A stretch of 64,000 nucleotides of DNA, taken from NCBI GenBank assembly GCA_947651825.1, contig CANTAQ010000001.1:20598-84597 (forward strand), written 5' to 3'. Numbering within the stretch: the first letter of the stretch is position 1; each line of letters begins with the position of its first letter. This stretch comes from an uncultured Clostridium sp. (lineage in GTDB: Bacteria; Bacillota; Clostridia; TANB77; CAG-508). The translations under genes were made by a program, and so were the position numbers. Shown here piece after piece: positions 29,989 through 39,540 of the stretch. The notes under the pieces are model-generated. The model had not been told where the DNA came from and did not search any database. It saw only the letters and a program-made list of their open reading frames with translations.

Positions 29989-30237
29989 TTAGTCTTTATT
30001 ACTTTCTTGTTCAGCAGTATCAAATGTTGTGTCAGTAAAAAATTCGCCTAATGTAATTTCAAAACCCTCGCATATATGCAATAGTGTATCAAGTTTTAGC
30101 AGTTCTGTTTTACCACTCATAAAAGTAGATATAGTAGAGCAAGGAATACCAGTAGCTTTGCATAAATCCCATATTTTCATATCTTTTTGTTTTAAATAAT
30201 ATTTTATTCGTTTTCTAATTGCATTTGATAATTTCAT
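29989..30237 (-). CDS. XRE-family helix-turn-helix transcriptional regulator (82 aa)
   Basis: The HTH is IWDLCKATGIPCSTISTFMSGKTEL. It is divergent from the downstream + genes. Confidence 0.7.
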   Translation of the reverse strand: MKLSNAIRKRIKYYLKQKDMKIWDLCKATGIPCSTISTFMSGKTELLKLDTLLHICEGFEITLGEFFTDTTFDTAEQESNKD

Positions 30238-30308
30238 ATAATTTACACCCCTTTATAGTTTGTACTAAAAAATTAATAAAATTATATAAAAATACGAGTT
30301 GACACCAC

Positions 30309-30351
30309 TTTGGTAAATTGAAAAAATATAAAAAAATTTCAATTTACCAAA
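30309..30351. promoter_or_regulatory. Perfect 15-bp inverted repeat TTTGGTAAATTGAAA-N13-TTTCAATTTACCAAA in the divergent promoter region (candidate XRE operator)
   Basis: Seen directly. A TTGACA -35-like hexamer lies just upstream. A third half-site-like copy CAATGTACCAAAC lies downstream. Confidence 0.4.
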
Positions 30352-30423
30352 CTATATCGTTGAATTGAAAAAATAGTTATGATAATATTACTTCAATGTA
30401 CCAAACTATAAAAGGAGGAAATT

Positions 30424-31038
30424 ATGGAAGATTTATATGAAAATAAAATACTTGACGATTTATATGAAATAAGGGAGGGATTTATTACAAGTTATAAAAA
30501 GAAATACGGAGAACTAGAAGAAACAAAGAAAGCAGAACAGGCTGAAGATGAGTTAGTAAACTTTATGAAAAAATTTATTAAAGATGAAAACACTATGAAA
30601 GAATTATTTGAGAAAATAAATAAATTTGAAGGGTATGCATTAGATGAAATGTGTTTTTGGCATAAACCATATTATAAATTAGGATTTATAGATGGAATGA
30701 GATTAAAAAAAGAAATAAGAGAAGGAAAAATAATAGAAAACACATCAAATGATAGTATTATCTTACAAAATATAAATGAAATATCAGATTATTTTGAAGA
30801 ACAAAAATACAGAAATTTAAAAAAGAATAAAGAATACGATAAAATTAGACACAAAATTGAAGAAATAAAAAATAAGTATCCTAGAGTAAGAGAATTTTTT
30901 GAAGATGACAAAATAGAACAACTTACTAAAAAAGAAATGAAAGCAATTTTAGATATAACAGAATTACAAAATGATAGGGCTATGTATGAGGCAGACGAAA
31001 TGCTAAAAATAGGATTGCGAGAAGGAAAGGCATTGTAG
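30424..31038 (+). CDS. Hypothetical protein (204 aa), first copy of a tandem duplicate
   Basis: RBS AAGGAGG. The C-terminal block KIRHKIEEIKNKYPRVREFFED...KIGLREGKAL is repeated in the next gene. Confidence 0.5.
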   Translation: MEDLYENKILDDLYEIREGFITSYKKKYGELEETKKAEQAEDELVNFMKKFIKDENTMKELFEKINKFEGYALDEMCFWHKPYYKLGFIDGMRLKKEIREGKIIENTSNDSIILQNINEISDYFEEQKYRNLKKNKEYDKIRHKIEEIKNKYPRVREFFEDDKIEQLTKKEMKAILDITELQNDRAMYEADEMLKIGLREGKAL

Positions 31039-31039
31039 G

Positions 31040-31519
31040 GTGGAGAAAATGGAAAAAAGAGAATATAAAGTAAATGAAATATTTGAAAATCAAATTTTGA
31101 ATGAAATATACGAAACAAGAGGAGATGGACTAGAATGCTTTTATATAAGAATGTATGGAGAGCCAGAAGAAATAAAGGAAACAAAAACAAGATTTTTCAA
31201 AAATAAAGAAAACAAGAAGATACAATAAAATAGCTTTTTCTACCTATACATAGATAGTATTATGCAATTTTTAGAAGATAATAGATATAATATTTGGCAA
31301 AAAAGAAAAGATTACAAGCAAATAAAAGATAAAATGAGAGAAATAAAAAATAAATATGCTAATGTTAGGCTATTTATTGAAGATAGAGTAGTAACAGCAA
31401 ATTTAACAAAAGAAGAATTGAAAGCTGTTCTTGAATATATCAATTTAGATGATGAGATAGAAAGAATAGAGAAAATAGAAACTTTTAAATTGGGATTAAA
31501 AGAGGGCAATTGGCTATAA
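31040..31519 (+). pseudogene. Degenerate tandem duplicate of the preceding gene, split into two ORFs (31040-31228 and 31262-31519)
   Basis: ILNEIYETRGD...EEIKETK matches the N-terminus of the upstream gene. IKDKMREIKNKYANVRLFIED...FKLGLKEGNWL matches its C-terminus. A stop followed by a 33-nt gap interrupts the copy. Confidence 0.35.
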
Positions 31520-31618
31520 GAGGTAGAAATATCTCTTGTTTTTTATATGTATTGTTTTTATAATGAAAAACTGATATAATTATCCCAACAGATAGTAAGT
31601 TGTAGAGGAGATTATAAA

Positions 31619-32296
31619 TTGGATATAGAAGTAAATAATATAAAAATTCATTATGAAGTTATTGGAAATGGCAAACCGATAATTTTACTAAATCCTAATA
31701 GTGTTAATACTGGATTGATGAAATTTATTGCGAACAAATTAAAAGATAAATATAAAGTATATATTTTTGATAGAAGATGTTGTGGTAAAAGTGAAAAGAA
31801 TTGCGATTTAACCTATGAAGAATCAGCGAAAGATGTTGCAGAATTTATAAAAAAATTAAATATTGATAAACCATATTTACTAGGATGTAGTGGTGGAGGA
31901 ACTGTTGCTCTTAATGTTGCAATTCATTATCCAACAAGTATATCTAAGTTAATTCTCTGTAGTGGAGTTGCAAGAAATAATATTATTAAAAAACCGAATT
32001 ATGCAAAATTTATGGAAAGATTACCATATTATCCTGGAAAAAAGAGCAACGAAAAATTTGAAAAATTACTTAATGAATCTAAAACCATAACAAAGGAAGA
32101 ATTAAATTCTATTATTGTTCCTACATTAGTTTTTAATGGTGGTATTAAAGATTTAGTTCCAAAAAATGAGGTTGAATATATTTCAAACAATATTAAAAAG
32201 TCAGAAATGTTTATATTAGAAAAAGCAGGACATTGTAATTATATTTTCAATAATGATGACTTTTATAACAAGTTAAATAATTTTTTAGAAGAATAA
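31619..32296 (+). CDS. Alpha/beta-hydrolase fold protein (TTG start)
   Basis: The nucleophile elbow is GCSGGG, and the topology is alpha/beta. GAGGAG sits 8 nt before the TTG. Confidence 0.7.
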   Translation: MDIEVNNIKIHYEVIGNGKPIILLNPNSVNTGLMKFIANKLKDKYKVYIFDRRCCGKSEKNCDLTYEESAKDVAEFIKKLNIDKPYLLGCSGGGTVALNVAIHYPTSISKLILCSGVARNNIIKKPNYAKFMERLPYYPGKKSNEKFEKLLNESKTITKEELNSIIVPTLVFNGGIKDLVPKNEVEYISNNIKKSEMFILEKAGHCNYIFNNDDFYNKLNNFLEE

Positions 32297-32327
32297 AAAA
32301 TTACAATATATAGAGGAGGTACGCAAA

Positions 32328-32489
32328 TTGAAAAAAGAAAAATGGTTAATAATTATTGGAAATATTTTATTATTTATTACTTGCATACTTCAAGTAATAG
32401 TAAAATTAAGCAGTGAAGTTTATGTTACTTTAATTACTATATCAGTTTTACTAGAATTAATTGGAATTGCATTAGGTAAAGAAGAATAA
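32328..32489 (+). CDS. Small membrane protein (53 aa, TTG start)
   Basis: GGAGG sits 8 nt before the TTG. It translates KKEKWLIIIGNILLFITCILQVIVKLSSEVYVTLITISVLLELIGIALGKEE. Confidence 0.35.
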   Translation: MKKEKWLIIIGNILLFITCILQVIVKLSSEVYVTLITISVLLELIGIALGKEE

Positions 32490-32513
32490 AATTACAATTT
32501 GAAAGGAATGGAA

Positions 32514-33119
32514 ATGATACTACTATTAAAATATGGAAATACAAATTGTTATTATATAAAAGGTAAAAATGGTAGTATATTAGTAGATACAGACTGGGCA
32601 GGAACACTACAAGCCTTTTATAGAAAAATGAAAGAATTAAATATTGAAAAAATTGATTATCTTTTAATAACACATTACCACCCAGACCACATAGGAATAG
32701 CACAAGATATAATTGATATGGGAACAAAACTATTATTAGTAGATGTTCAAAAAGATTATATTCATAGTTCAGACACAATTTTGCAAAAAGATAAAAATAT
32801 TCAGTTTAAGCCTATAAATACAGAGCCTGTAATTATATCGTGTGAGCAAAGTAGAGAGTTTTTAAATGATTTAGGAATAGATGGAGAAATAATATATACA
32901 CCAGGACATAGTGAAGATAGTATTTCTCTAATTTTAGATAATGGTAGTGTTTTTGTAGGAGATTTATACGATTTAAAATCTGCAATAACATTTAATGATG
33001 AAAAGATAAATAATAGTTGGAATAAAATATTAAGCCATAATATATCAAAAATATACTATGGTCATCACGAACAAACTATTAGCAATATAAAAAAGATAGA
33101 AGATACACTAATCAATTAG
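32514..33119 (+). CDS. MBL-fold metallo-hydrolase
   Basis: LITHYHPDHIG (HxHxDH), and a later GHSEDS. Confidence 0.7.
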   Translation: MILLLKYGNTNCYYIKGKNGSILVDTDWAGTLQAFYRKMKELNIEKIDYLLITHYHPDHIGIAQDIIDMGTKLLLVDVQKDYIHSSDTILQKDKNIQFKPINTEPVIISCEQSREFLNDLGIDGEIIYTPGHSEDSISLILDNGSVFVGDLYDLKSAITFNDEKINNSWNKILSHNISKIYYGHHEQTISNIKKIEDTLIN

Positions 33120-33203
33120 TGCTAGAAATTACAAGTTTGTAGTTTGAAAGATTTATAGTAATTTATTGCTAGAGTTGTAATAATATGAAAGGAAGAATGT
33201 AAA

Positions 33204-33998
33204 ATGAACGAATCTAATGTTAGAAATATAAATTTTCATAGTGATATACTTAATAAAGATATGGGAATAAATGTGTATTTGCCAAAAGGATATGAAGAAA
33301 ATAATAATCCACTACCAGTATTATATTTTCTTCACGGAAGAAGTGGGAATGAAAATATTATATTTGATTTGAATATGAAAGGAATAGCAGATGAAATGAT
33401 AGAAAGTGGGAAAATAAAACCACTAATAATTGTTTGCCCTAGAATTGAAAATAGTAGAGGGGTAAATTCATCTTCTATAAGTAATGAAGTATTAAGTCCA
33501 GGAGATAGTGGAATTATTATAAATGTTGGAATGTATGAAGATTATTTTATAAAGGAAGTTGTACCTTTAATTGATAATATATTTAATACAATAAAGACAA
33601 AAAATGGTAGATATATTGGTGGTGTTTCAGCAGGTGGATATGCAGCACTTCATAATTCATTTAGACATCAAGAAATGTTTGGCAAAGTTGGAGGACATAT
33701 GCCTGCAATAGAACTAACTTTAGAGAAAGAAGATACTCCATATTTTAAGGATATATCTGTGTGGGAAAAATACGATCCTATAACGATTGCTAAAAATAAT
33801 GAAATTTCAAAGGAACTTAAAGTTTATCTTGATGCAGGAAATCAAGATGAAGGACATTTTTATGAAGGATGTAAAGTTTTGCAGGATATATTAGAAAAGA
33901 AACAAGTAACATCTCAAAACCACATTTATGATGGACATCATAATGGAGCATATATAATATCTAATTTAGAAAAATATTTAGAATTTTATAATTCATAA
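33204..33998 (+). CDS. Putative esterase (esterase D / enterochelin-esterase-like alpha/beta hydrolase)
   Basis: LYFLHGRSGNE, and GGVSAGGYAAL (GxSxG). Confidence 0.65.
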   Translation: MNESNVRNINFHSDILNKDMGINVYLPKGYEENNNPLPVLYFLHGRSGNENIIFDLNMKGIADEMIESGKIKPLIIVCPRIENSRGVNSSSISNEVLSPGDSGIIINVGMYEDYFIKEVVPLIDNIFNTIKTKNGRYIGGVSAGGYAALHNSFRHQEMFGKVGGHMPAIELTLEKEDTPYFKDISVWEKYDPITIAKNNEISKELKVYLDAGNQDEGHFYEGCKVLQDILEKKQVTSQNHIYDGHHNGAYIISNLEKYLEFYNS

Positions 33999-34025
33999 AT
34001 TACAAGTTGAAAGTTAGGTGTATTT

Positions 34026-34475
34026 ATGGAATATGACAAATTAGAATTTGAAACAACTTTTAAGAATGGGGATATGATTCCAGTAGAATATACTGGGTAT
34101 GGAAAAAATATATCTCCAGAATTTAGAATTAAAAATTTATCAGATAAAGCAAAAAGTTTAGTAATAATTTTAGAAGATTTAAGTCATCCGATAAAGAACT
34201 TTACTCATTGGATTGCGTGGAATATAAAGGCAAATTCTGTAATTCCAGAAAATGTTGGAAATATGGATAATGTTATGCAAGGAATTGCCTATGGATTTCA
34301 TAAATATGCAGGAGCAAAACCACCAATGTTTCAAAAACACAATTATAAATATACAATATATTCATTAGATAACACTTTAGAATTGTCATCTAATATTATG
34401 AAAAAGAAACTTTTGAAAGCAATGAATGGGCATATTTTACAAAAGGGAACTATTATAGGTTATTTTAAAAGATAA
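34026..34475 (+). CDS. YbhB/YbcL (PEBP/RKIP) family protein
   Basis: The PEBP signature is ILEDLSHPIKNFTHWIAWNI (D.D.P...HW..NI). Confidence 0.7.
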   Translation: MEYDKLEFETTFKNGDMIPVEYTGYGKNISPEFRIKNLSDKAKSLVIILEDLSHPIKNFTHWIAWNIKANSVIPENVGNMDNVMQGIAYGFHKYAGAKPPMFQKHNYKYTIYSLDNTLELSSNIMKKKLLKAMNGHILQKGTIIGYFKR

Positions 34476-34588
34476 ATTACAATATATAGGGCAGGTAATT
34501 GAATTTATCTGTCTTTTATTATATAATCGTAGCAGAAGATAGTAAATTTATCGTTAAGATTAAAATTTATTGTGGGGAGATGTATCGT

Positions 34589-35440
34589 ATGAAAAAGAAA
34601 ATAGGTATTAGTATAGGAATATTGGTAATTGTACTTATAGTTGCAGGGATTATTACAAATTATTCAGATAGTGCTAGAGTAACAACAGGACACGAGCCAA
34701 AGTGTTGCATAAAGGTAGTTAGCAATGATGGAAGTAAAGTAACTTATTGGGGATTAGGTTATAAAGTAGTTCGTTATGTTGGAGTATCTCCAAACGAGCC
34801 TTATGAAAGCAATATTGGTGTAAAAATGGGAAATTGGTTTATGAAATATGAATTACCAAAAGCTGATATTATTGAAATTGAATATGAAGGACAAATAATT
34901 ACTATTACAGATATAAAAGATATAGGAATTATAGAAAATATATTATTAAATTCAAAATATAATGGAGAAATATGCAATGGAATAAATACTCACAAAATAA
35001 TATTAAATAAGGATATTTATTATATTAAAGAATCTTGCAAAGAAATACAAAAAGGAGATAAACAAGCGACAATTTCAACAGAAGATTTAGAAACAATCAA
35101 TAATATTATTTTTCAAAATAAAACTAATGAAATAAAAAGTATAGCAGAAAGCTATACTTTTACAAAAACATATAATGTAGTAAATGTAGCTGACAGTAAT
35201 GATGAAAATTACTTATACTTAACAATTAGGCAATTTCAAGATGAAAAAGTAAAAACGGTCAAAGTACAAAGAAGTTTAGCAAATACTGTTGAAAAAGAAA
35301 ATAATTATGAGTTTACTTTTCAATATACAAATAATATCCCTGAAGATAACATAGAATCAATATTTGCAAATACTATGCTTATTGCAATAAAGAAAACAGA
35401 TAAACAAGGATTAGAGCAAGTTCAAGATTCAATTAGATAA
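34589..35440 (+). CDS. Hypothetical membrane-anchored/secreted protein
   Basis: GGGGAG sits 9 nt before the ATG. N-terminal anchor KKKIGISIGILVIVLIVAGIIT. No motif recognised. Confidence 0.5.
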   Translation: MKKKIGISIGILVIVLIVAGIITNYSDSARVTTGHEPKCCIKVVSNDGSKVTYWGLGYKVVRYVGVSPNEPYESNIGVKMGNWFMKYELPKADIIEIEYEGQIITITDIKDIGIIENILLNSKYNGEICNGINTHKIILNKDIYYIKESCKEIQKGDKQATISTEDLETINNIIFQNKTNEIKSIAESYTFTKTYNVVNVADSNDENYLYLTIRQFQDEKVKTVKVQRSLANTVEKENNYEFTFQYTNNIPEDNIESIFANTMLIAIKKTDKQGLEQVQDSIR

Positions 35441-35482
35441 TCATCTCGAAAAATTACAATATATAAAGGAGGAAAAATAATA

Positions 35483-35626
35483 ATGGATAAGAAAAAAATG
35501 ATGAACTGGATAATAGCAATAATAGTTGCTATCGTGTATTTAACAGTAAGTATTATATTTAAGTCTTGGGCATATTCTTGGCTTATATGGGTTGCGTACG
35601 CAACTTATAGATTTATTGTTAAATAA
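35483..35626 (+). CDS. Small membrane protein (47 aa)
   Basis: Strong RBS AAAGGAGG. It translates MDKKKMMNWIIAIIVAIVYLTVSIIFKSWAYSWLIWVAYATYRFIVK. Confidence 0.35.
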   Translation: MDKKKMMNWIIAIIVAIVYLTVSIIFKSWAYSWLIWVAYATYRFIVK

Positions 35627-35657
35627 CTAAATTACAATTTGAAAGTGAGATGAAGTA

Positions 35658-36134
35658 ATGAATATTCACTTTGGATTTTCATATATAGGGTTCATATTTT
35701 TGTTAATGCTAATGATACCTAATATTATATGGAGTAAAAATCAACCTAAAGACTATGATAAATATGTTAAAAATGAGAATAAAGTATTATTATTATTTGA
35801 AAGAATTGGAGAAATGCTAGTAACTTGTATATCATTGATATTTATTGATTTCAATATAAATAAAATTTCAAATTGGTCTATTATCTTGTTAATTGCATTT
35901 ATTCTAATGATTTTATATGAAATATATTGGATAAGATATTTCAAAAGTAATAGAACAATGAAAGATATGTATAGTAGTTTATTAGGAATACCTGTTGCAG
36001 GAGCAACTTTGCCAATATTTGCATTTCTGTTATTAGGTATATATGGTAAAAATGTATTTTTAATTATTGCAACAATTATATTAGGAATTGGACATATTGG
36101 AATACACTTAAATCATAGAAAAGAAGTTAGATAA
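35658..36134 (+). CDS. Hypothetical 4-TM membrane protein
   Basis: Four hydrophobic helices; RBS GTGAGATGAAG. Confidence 0.5.
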   Translation: MNIHFGFSYIGFIFLLMLMIPNIIWSKNQPKDYDKYVKNENKVLLLFERIGEMLVTCISLIFIDFNINKISNWSIILLIAFILMILYEIYWIRYFKSNRTMKDMYSSLLGIPVAGATLPIFAFLLLGIYGKNVFLIIATIILGIGHIGIHLNHRKEVR

Positions 36135-36162
36135 ATTATAAGTTTTTAAGGAGAACAAAAAT

Positions 36163-36669
36163 ATGGATATATCAATTAGAAAATGGAAAATAGAAGATGC
36201 AGAAGAATTAAAAAATGCAATAAACAATGAAAAAATTTTAGATAATTTACGAGATGGAATACCATATCCATATACAATAGAAAATGCACAAGAATTTATC
36301 ACACAAACTTTAAATGCTCCTAAAGATAGTCAATATTCTTGGGCGATACTAGTAGATAATAAAGTGATTGGAAGTGTTGGTGTATTTAGAAAAGATAATA
36401 TTCATTATCAAACAGCAGAAATCGGCTATTATATAGCCGAAGAATATTGGGGAAATGGTATTATGACAAAAGTTATAACAGAAGTATGTAATTATATATT
36501 TAATGAAACTGATATAATTAGAATATTTGCAGAGCCATTTGCTTATAATGTAGCTTCCTGTAAAGTTTTGGAAAAAGCAGGGTTTGAATTAGAAGGCATA
36601 TTAAGAAATAATGCAATTAAGAATAATAAAATATTAGATATGAAAATGTATTCTATTATTAAAAAGTAA
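36163..36669 (+). CDS. GNAT family N-acetyltransferase (RimJ/RimL-like)
   Basis: The acetyl-CoA binding region is IGYYIAEEYWGNGIMTKV. Confidence 0.75.
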   Translation: MDISIRKWKIEDAEELKNAINNEKILDNLRDGIPYPYTIENAQEFITQTLNAPKDSQYSWAILVDNKVIGSVGVFRKDNIHYQTAEIGYYIAEEYWGNGIMTKVITEVCNYIFNETDIIRIFAEPFAYNVASCKVLEKAGFELEGILRNNAIKNNKILDMKMYSIIKK

Positions 36670-36750
36670 ACGCAAAATTACAATTTTTTAAAATAATTAC
36701 TTGACTATGCCATTACAGGTTAGCTTACAATTATAACAGAGGTGGTTATA

Positions 36751-37623
36751 ATGTTAATAAATGAAGTTGCAAAATTGTGTAATTTAACTAAAAAAGCAGT
36801 TGAATATTATACAGAACAAAAACTAATATGTCCTAGTATCCTAGAAAATGGATATAGAGATTTTTCAAAGAAAGATGTAGAAATTTTAAAGCAAATTGCT
36901 TTATATAGAAGATTAGGATTAAGTATATCTGAAATTAAAAGTATTCTTGCTAATCCAGATGAATTAAAAAGTATTTTATATAAGAAAACTCTTGAATTAG
37001 AGCAAGAAAAAGCAAAACAGGATATTTTACAAAAGTTATGCAATGGAGAAAGTTTAGAAAAATTAGAACAAGAAATAAATAATATAAATTCTAAAACAAT
37101 TATCATTAAAAAGTTGATGGATTTATTTCCTAGTTATTATGGAAAATTTATAAGTTTGAATTTTTCTAGGTATCTTACAGGAAGAATTGAAACAAAGGAA
37201 CAATTGGAAGCATTTAAAGAAATTATTGATTTTTTTGATAATGTACCTAATATTAAAATACCAAAAGACTTACAAGAATATTTAGATGAGTATTTAGAAG
37301 AATATTCAAGTGAAAAAGGTCAAAAAATAATAAATAGTATTATTCAATCAAAGGATAAAAATATAAGAAATATAGATGAGTTTGTAAGAAAAAATAAGGA
37401 ATCACTAGACAAATATAATGAATATAAGAAAACAGAAGAATTTAAAAATTCACCTGCTAATAGATTAATGGAACTAATGAAACAAGTTTGTGCTACAAAT
37501 GGATATTATGAAAAGTTTATACCTGCAATGAGAAAGTTAAGTCCATTATATAATGAATATTATGAGGAAATGTTAAAAGCAAATGAACAATTTATTAAAA
37601 ATTATCCTGAATATACAGAATAA
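36751..37623 (+). CDS. MerR-family transcriptional regulator with a long helical C-terminal domain
   Basis: The N-terminal MerR HTH is MLINEVAKLCNLTKKAVEYY...GYRDFSKKDVEILKQIALYRRLGLSISEI. TTGACT-N19-TACAAT lies upstream. Confidence 0.7.
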   Translation: MLINEVAKLCNLTKKAVEYYTEQKLICPSILENGYRDFSKKDVEILKQIALYRRLGLSISEIKSILANPDELKSILYKKTLELEQEKAKQDILQKLCNGESLEKLEQEINNINSKTIIIKKLMDLFPSYYGKFISLNFSRYLTGRIETKEQLEAFKEIIDFFDNVPNIKIPKDLQEYLDEYLEEYSSEKGQKIINSIIQSKDKNIRNIDEFVRKNKESLDKYNEYKKTEEFKNSPANRLMELMKQVCATNGYYEKFIPAMRKLSPLYNEYYEEMLKANEQFIKNYPEYTE

Positions 37624-37662
37624 TATCTATTAAACAAATTACAATTTTGTAAGGAGGTATCT

Positions 37663-38511
37663 ATGAAAAAGAAAGCTATAATTACAATTTCGGTTATGAT
37701 TGCAATATTAGTTTTATGTGGAATATATTTACATTATGAAAACACCAAATTACAAGTAAGTAATTATAATATAATCAATCATAATATACCTGTTGATTTT
37801 AATAACTATAAAATAGTGCAAATATCAGACTTTCACAATAATAAATCTAATGCTTTAACTAATGATTTAATAAAAGAAATAGAAAAACAAAAACCGAACA
37901 TTATTGTTTTGACAGGAGATTTAATTGATTCAAATAAAATAGATATAGAAGTTGCTACAGATTTTATTAAAAATATAAACAATATTGCACCTATTTACTT
38001 TATTTCTGGCAATCATGAATCCAATATTAGTAGTTATCCAGAACTTAAAGAACAACTAGAAAAAAATAGGGTTATTGTTTTAGATAATAAAACTGAAGTG
38101 TTAAAAATAAATGAATCAAAGATAAACTTAATAGGTATAGATGATCCACGAATGGCTCACGAAAATTTTGTATCAGATTCTGAAATAATAAAAGTTGAGT
38201 TAGATAATGCAAAATACAATGAAAATAAATATAGTATATTGCTATCTCACAGACCAGAATTGTTTGATACTTATGCAGAAAAGGAATTAGACTTAATTTT
38301 AGTAGGACATGCACATGGAGGGCAAATAAGAATACCATTTATAGGTGGAATTGTTGCTCCAAATCAAGGATTTTTTCCTAAATATACAAGTGGAATATTT
38401 GAAGAAAATAAAACAACAATGGTAGTAAGTAGGGGGATTGGGAATAGTATTTTGCCTTTTAGAATAAATAATAGACCAGAATTAGTAATTGTAACATTAA
38501 ATAATAAGTAA
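37663..38511 (+). CDS. Calcineurin-like metallophosphoesterase (YkuE-like) with an N-terminal anchor
   Basis: The motifs are QISDFHNN, LTGDLID, GNHE, and GHAHGGQ. Confidence 0.75.
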   Translation: MKKKAIITISVMIAILVLCGIYLHYENTKLQVSNYNIINHNIPVDFNNYKIVQISDFHNNKSNALTNDLIKEIEKQKPNIIVLTGDLIDSNKIDIEVATDFIKNINNIAPIYFISGNHESNISSYPELKEQLEKNRVIVLDNKTEVLKINESKINLIGIDDPRMAHENFVSDSEIIKVELDNAKYNENKYSILLSHRPELFDTYAEKELDLILVGHAHGGQIRIPFIGGIVAPNQGFFPKYTSGIFEENKTTMVVSRGIGNSILPFRINNRPELVIVTLNNK

Positions 38512-38662
38512 CACAAAATTACAATCTATTGATAGATTTCCAAAAATGTTAGGTTTAAGTGTCAATATTCCAGTATGAAATGGTAGAAATAAGTGCGATA
38601 AAATTCTACAATAATAATAGATATTGGTTAATATCAAATTATGTAGAAAGGAAGATGTAACA

Positions 38663-39037
38663 ATGAAATTTAACGAAAAACTAATTAAGTTAAGGAAGGC
38701 AGCAGGGTTATCTCAAGAAGAACTAGGAAACAGACTAGATGTAGCAAGGCAAACTGTTTCAAAGTGGGAACTCGGAGAAACAACACCAGAAATGGATAAA
38801 TTAGTAGAATTATCTAATTTATTCAATGTTAGTATGGATGAAATGGCAAAGGAAACAGAAATACCAGAAGTAATTGCAAGAGAATTAGACCATAAAAAAA
38901 TTGATTCAGTTTATAATGATGTTGGAACAGCAAAAAAAATCATAAAACATTATATAATAATTTTCGGAACAATAGCAATTATAATAGCAATAATACTGAT
39001 AAATTACTTTGTTAGAACAGCCTTTCATTTATGGTAA
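38663..39037 (+). CDS. XRE-family HTH regulator with a C-terminal transmembrane helix
   Basis: The HTH is LRKAAGLSQEELGNRLDVARQTVSKWE. The C-terminal TM is IIIFGTIAIIIAIILI. Confidence 0.65.
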   Translation: MKFNEKLIKLRKAAGLSQEELGNRLDVARQTVSKWELGETTPEMDKLVELSNLFNVSMDEMAKETEIPEVIARELDHKKIDSVYNDVGTAKKIIKHYIIIFGTIAIIIAIILINYFVRTAFHLW

Positions 39038-39061
39038 TTCAATAATTTAAGTAAAATTGTA

Positions 39062-39084
39062 AGGGAGTAAATTTACTCCCTTTT
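39062..39084 (+). terminator. Rho-independent terminator at the end of the gene array
   Basis: Perfect palindrome GGGAGTAAATTTACTCCC, followed by TTTT. Confidence 0.6.
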
Positions 39085-39209
39085 CAATTACCATAAATGC
39101 AGGTAAGAAGTTGAAAATTATTATCATTTTGTGTTATAATCATCTCGAGAAATTACAAGTTATAGAGAGGATTATCATAAATATTATATAAAAAATGAAA
39201 TATAACAAA

Positions 39210-39246
39210 AAGAGATATTAAAAACAAGTTAGTATCTCTTTTTTGT
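39210..39246 (+). terminator. Second rho-independent terminator
   Basis: AAGAGATA-N15-TATCTCTT, followed by TTTT. Confidence 0.5.
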
Positions 39247-39270
39247 GTCTAATTATATTTTAAATCTAAA

Positions 39271-39540
39271 TTTTCATTAAAAATTTTTTTAAAAATGTCC
39301 CATTTTTCATTTCTCAATCGCTGTTATAGATAAGAGAGAAAATCTCATATATAAAAACTTCAAAAAAAAATAAAATTTTTTCAAAAAAAGGTCAAGTTTT
39401 TGATTTTTCAATCGCTGTTATAAGTAGGAGATTTAAAATCACATATACAAAAAATAAAATTTTTTTGAAAAAAACATAACCTTTTTAACTTTTCAAACGC
39501 TGTTATATATGAGAGGGAAAATCTCGAAAAATTAAAGAAC
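39271..39540. repeat. Three tandem copies (about 90-bp period) of a composite unit, [A/T-tract palindrome] + [~57-bp conserved block TTTTCAATCGCTGTTATA..GAG..AAAATC.CATATA.AAAAA]; iteron-like
   Basis: Conserved blocks lie at 39303-39357, 39398-39454 and 39481-39537. The A/T palindromes (AAAAATTTTTTTAAAAA and similar) precede each block. Confidence 0.6.

Larger units (their letters stand above)
31590..39165 (+). repeat. Dispersed conserved inter-gene linker motif (core AAATTACAA[T/G], extended TAATCATCTCGARAAATTACAA) at 12 consecutive gene junctions; a cassette-array-like structure
   Basis: Core copies begin at about 32297, 32490, 33128, 34000, 34477, 35452, 35630, 36136 (variant ATTATAAG), 36677, 37637, 38517 and 39143. 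A degenerate copy lies at 31597. Each copy immediately follows a stop codon and precedes the next RBS. Confidence 0.6.

Noticed and set aside
36701-36727. TTGACT-N19-TACAAT upstream of the MerR gene, considered as a MerR-type 19-bp-spacer promoter
   Set aside because: No clear dyad operator lies inside the spacer, and the -10 could equally be the downstream TTATAAC. It is too speculative to list as a feature.
39271-39540. Considered as a CRISPR array
   Set aside because: The repeats are about 57 bp, only about 75% conserved between copies, and separated by A/T-tract palindromes rather than unique spacers. No cas genes are in the window.
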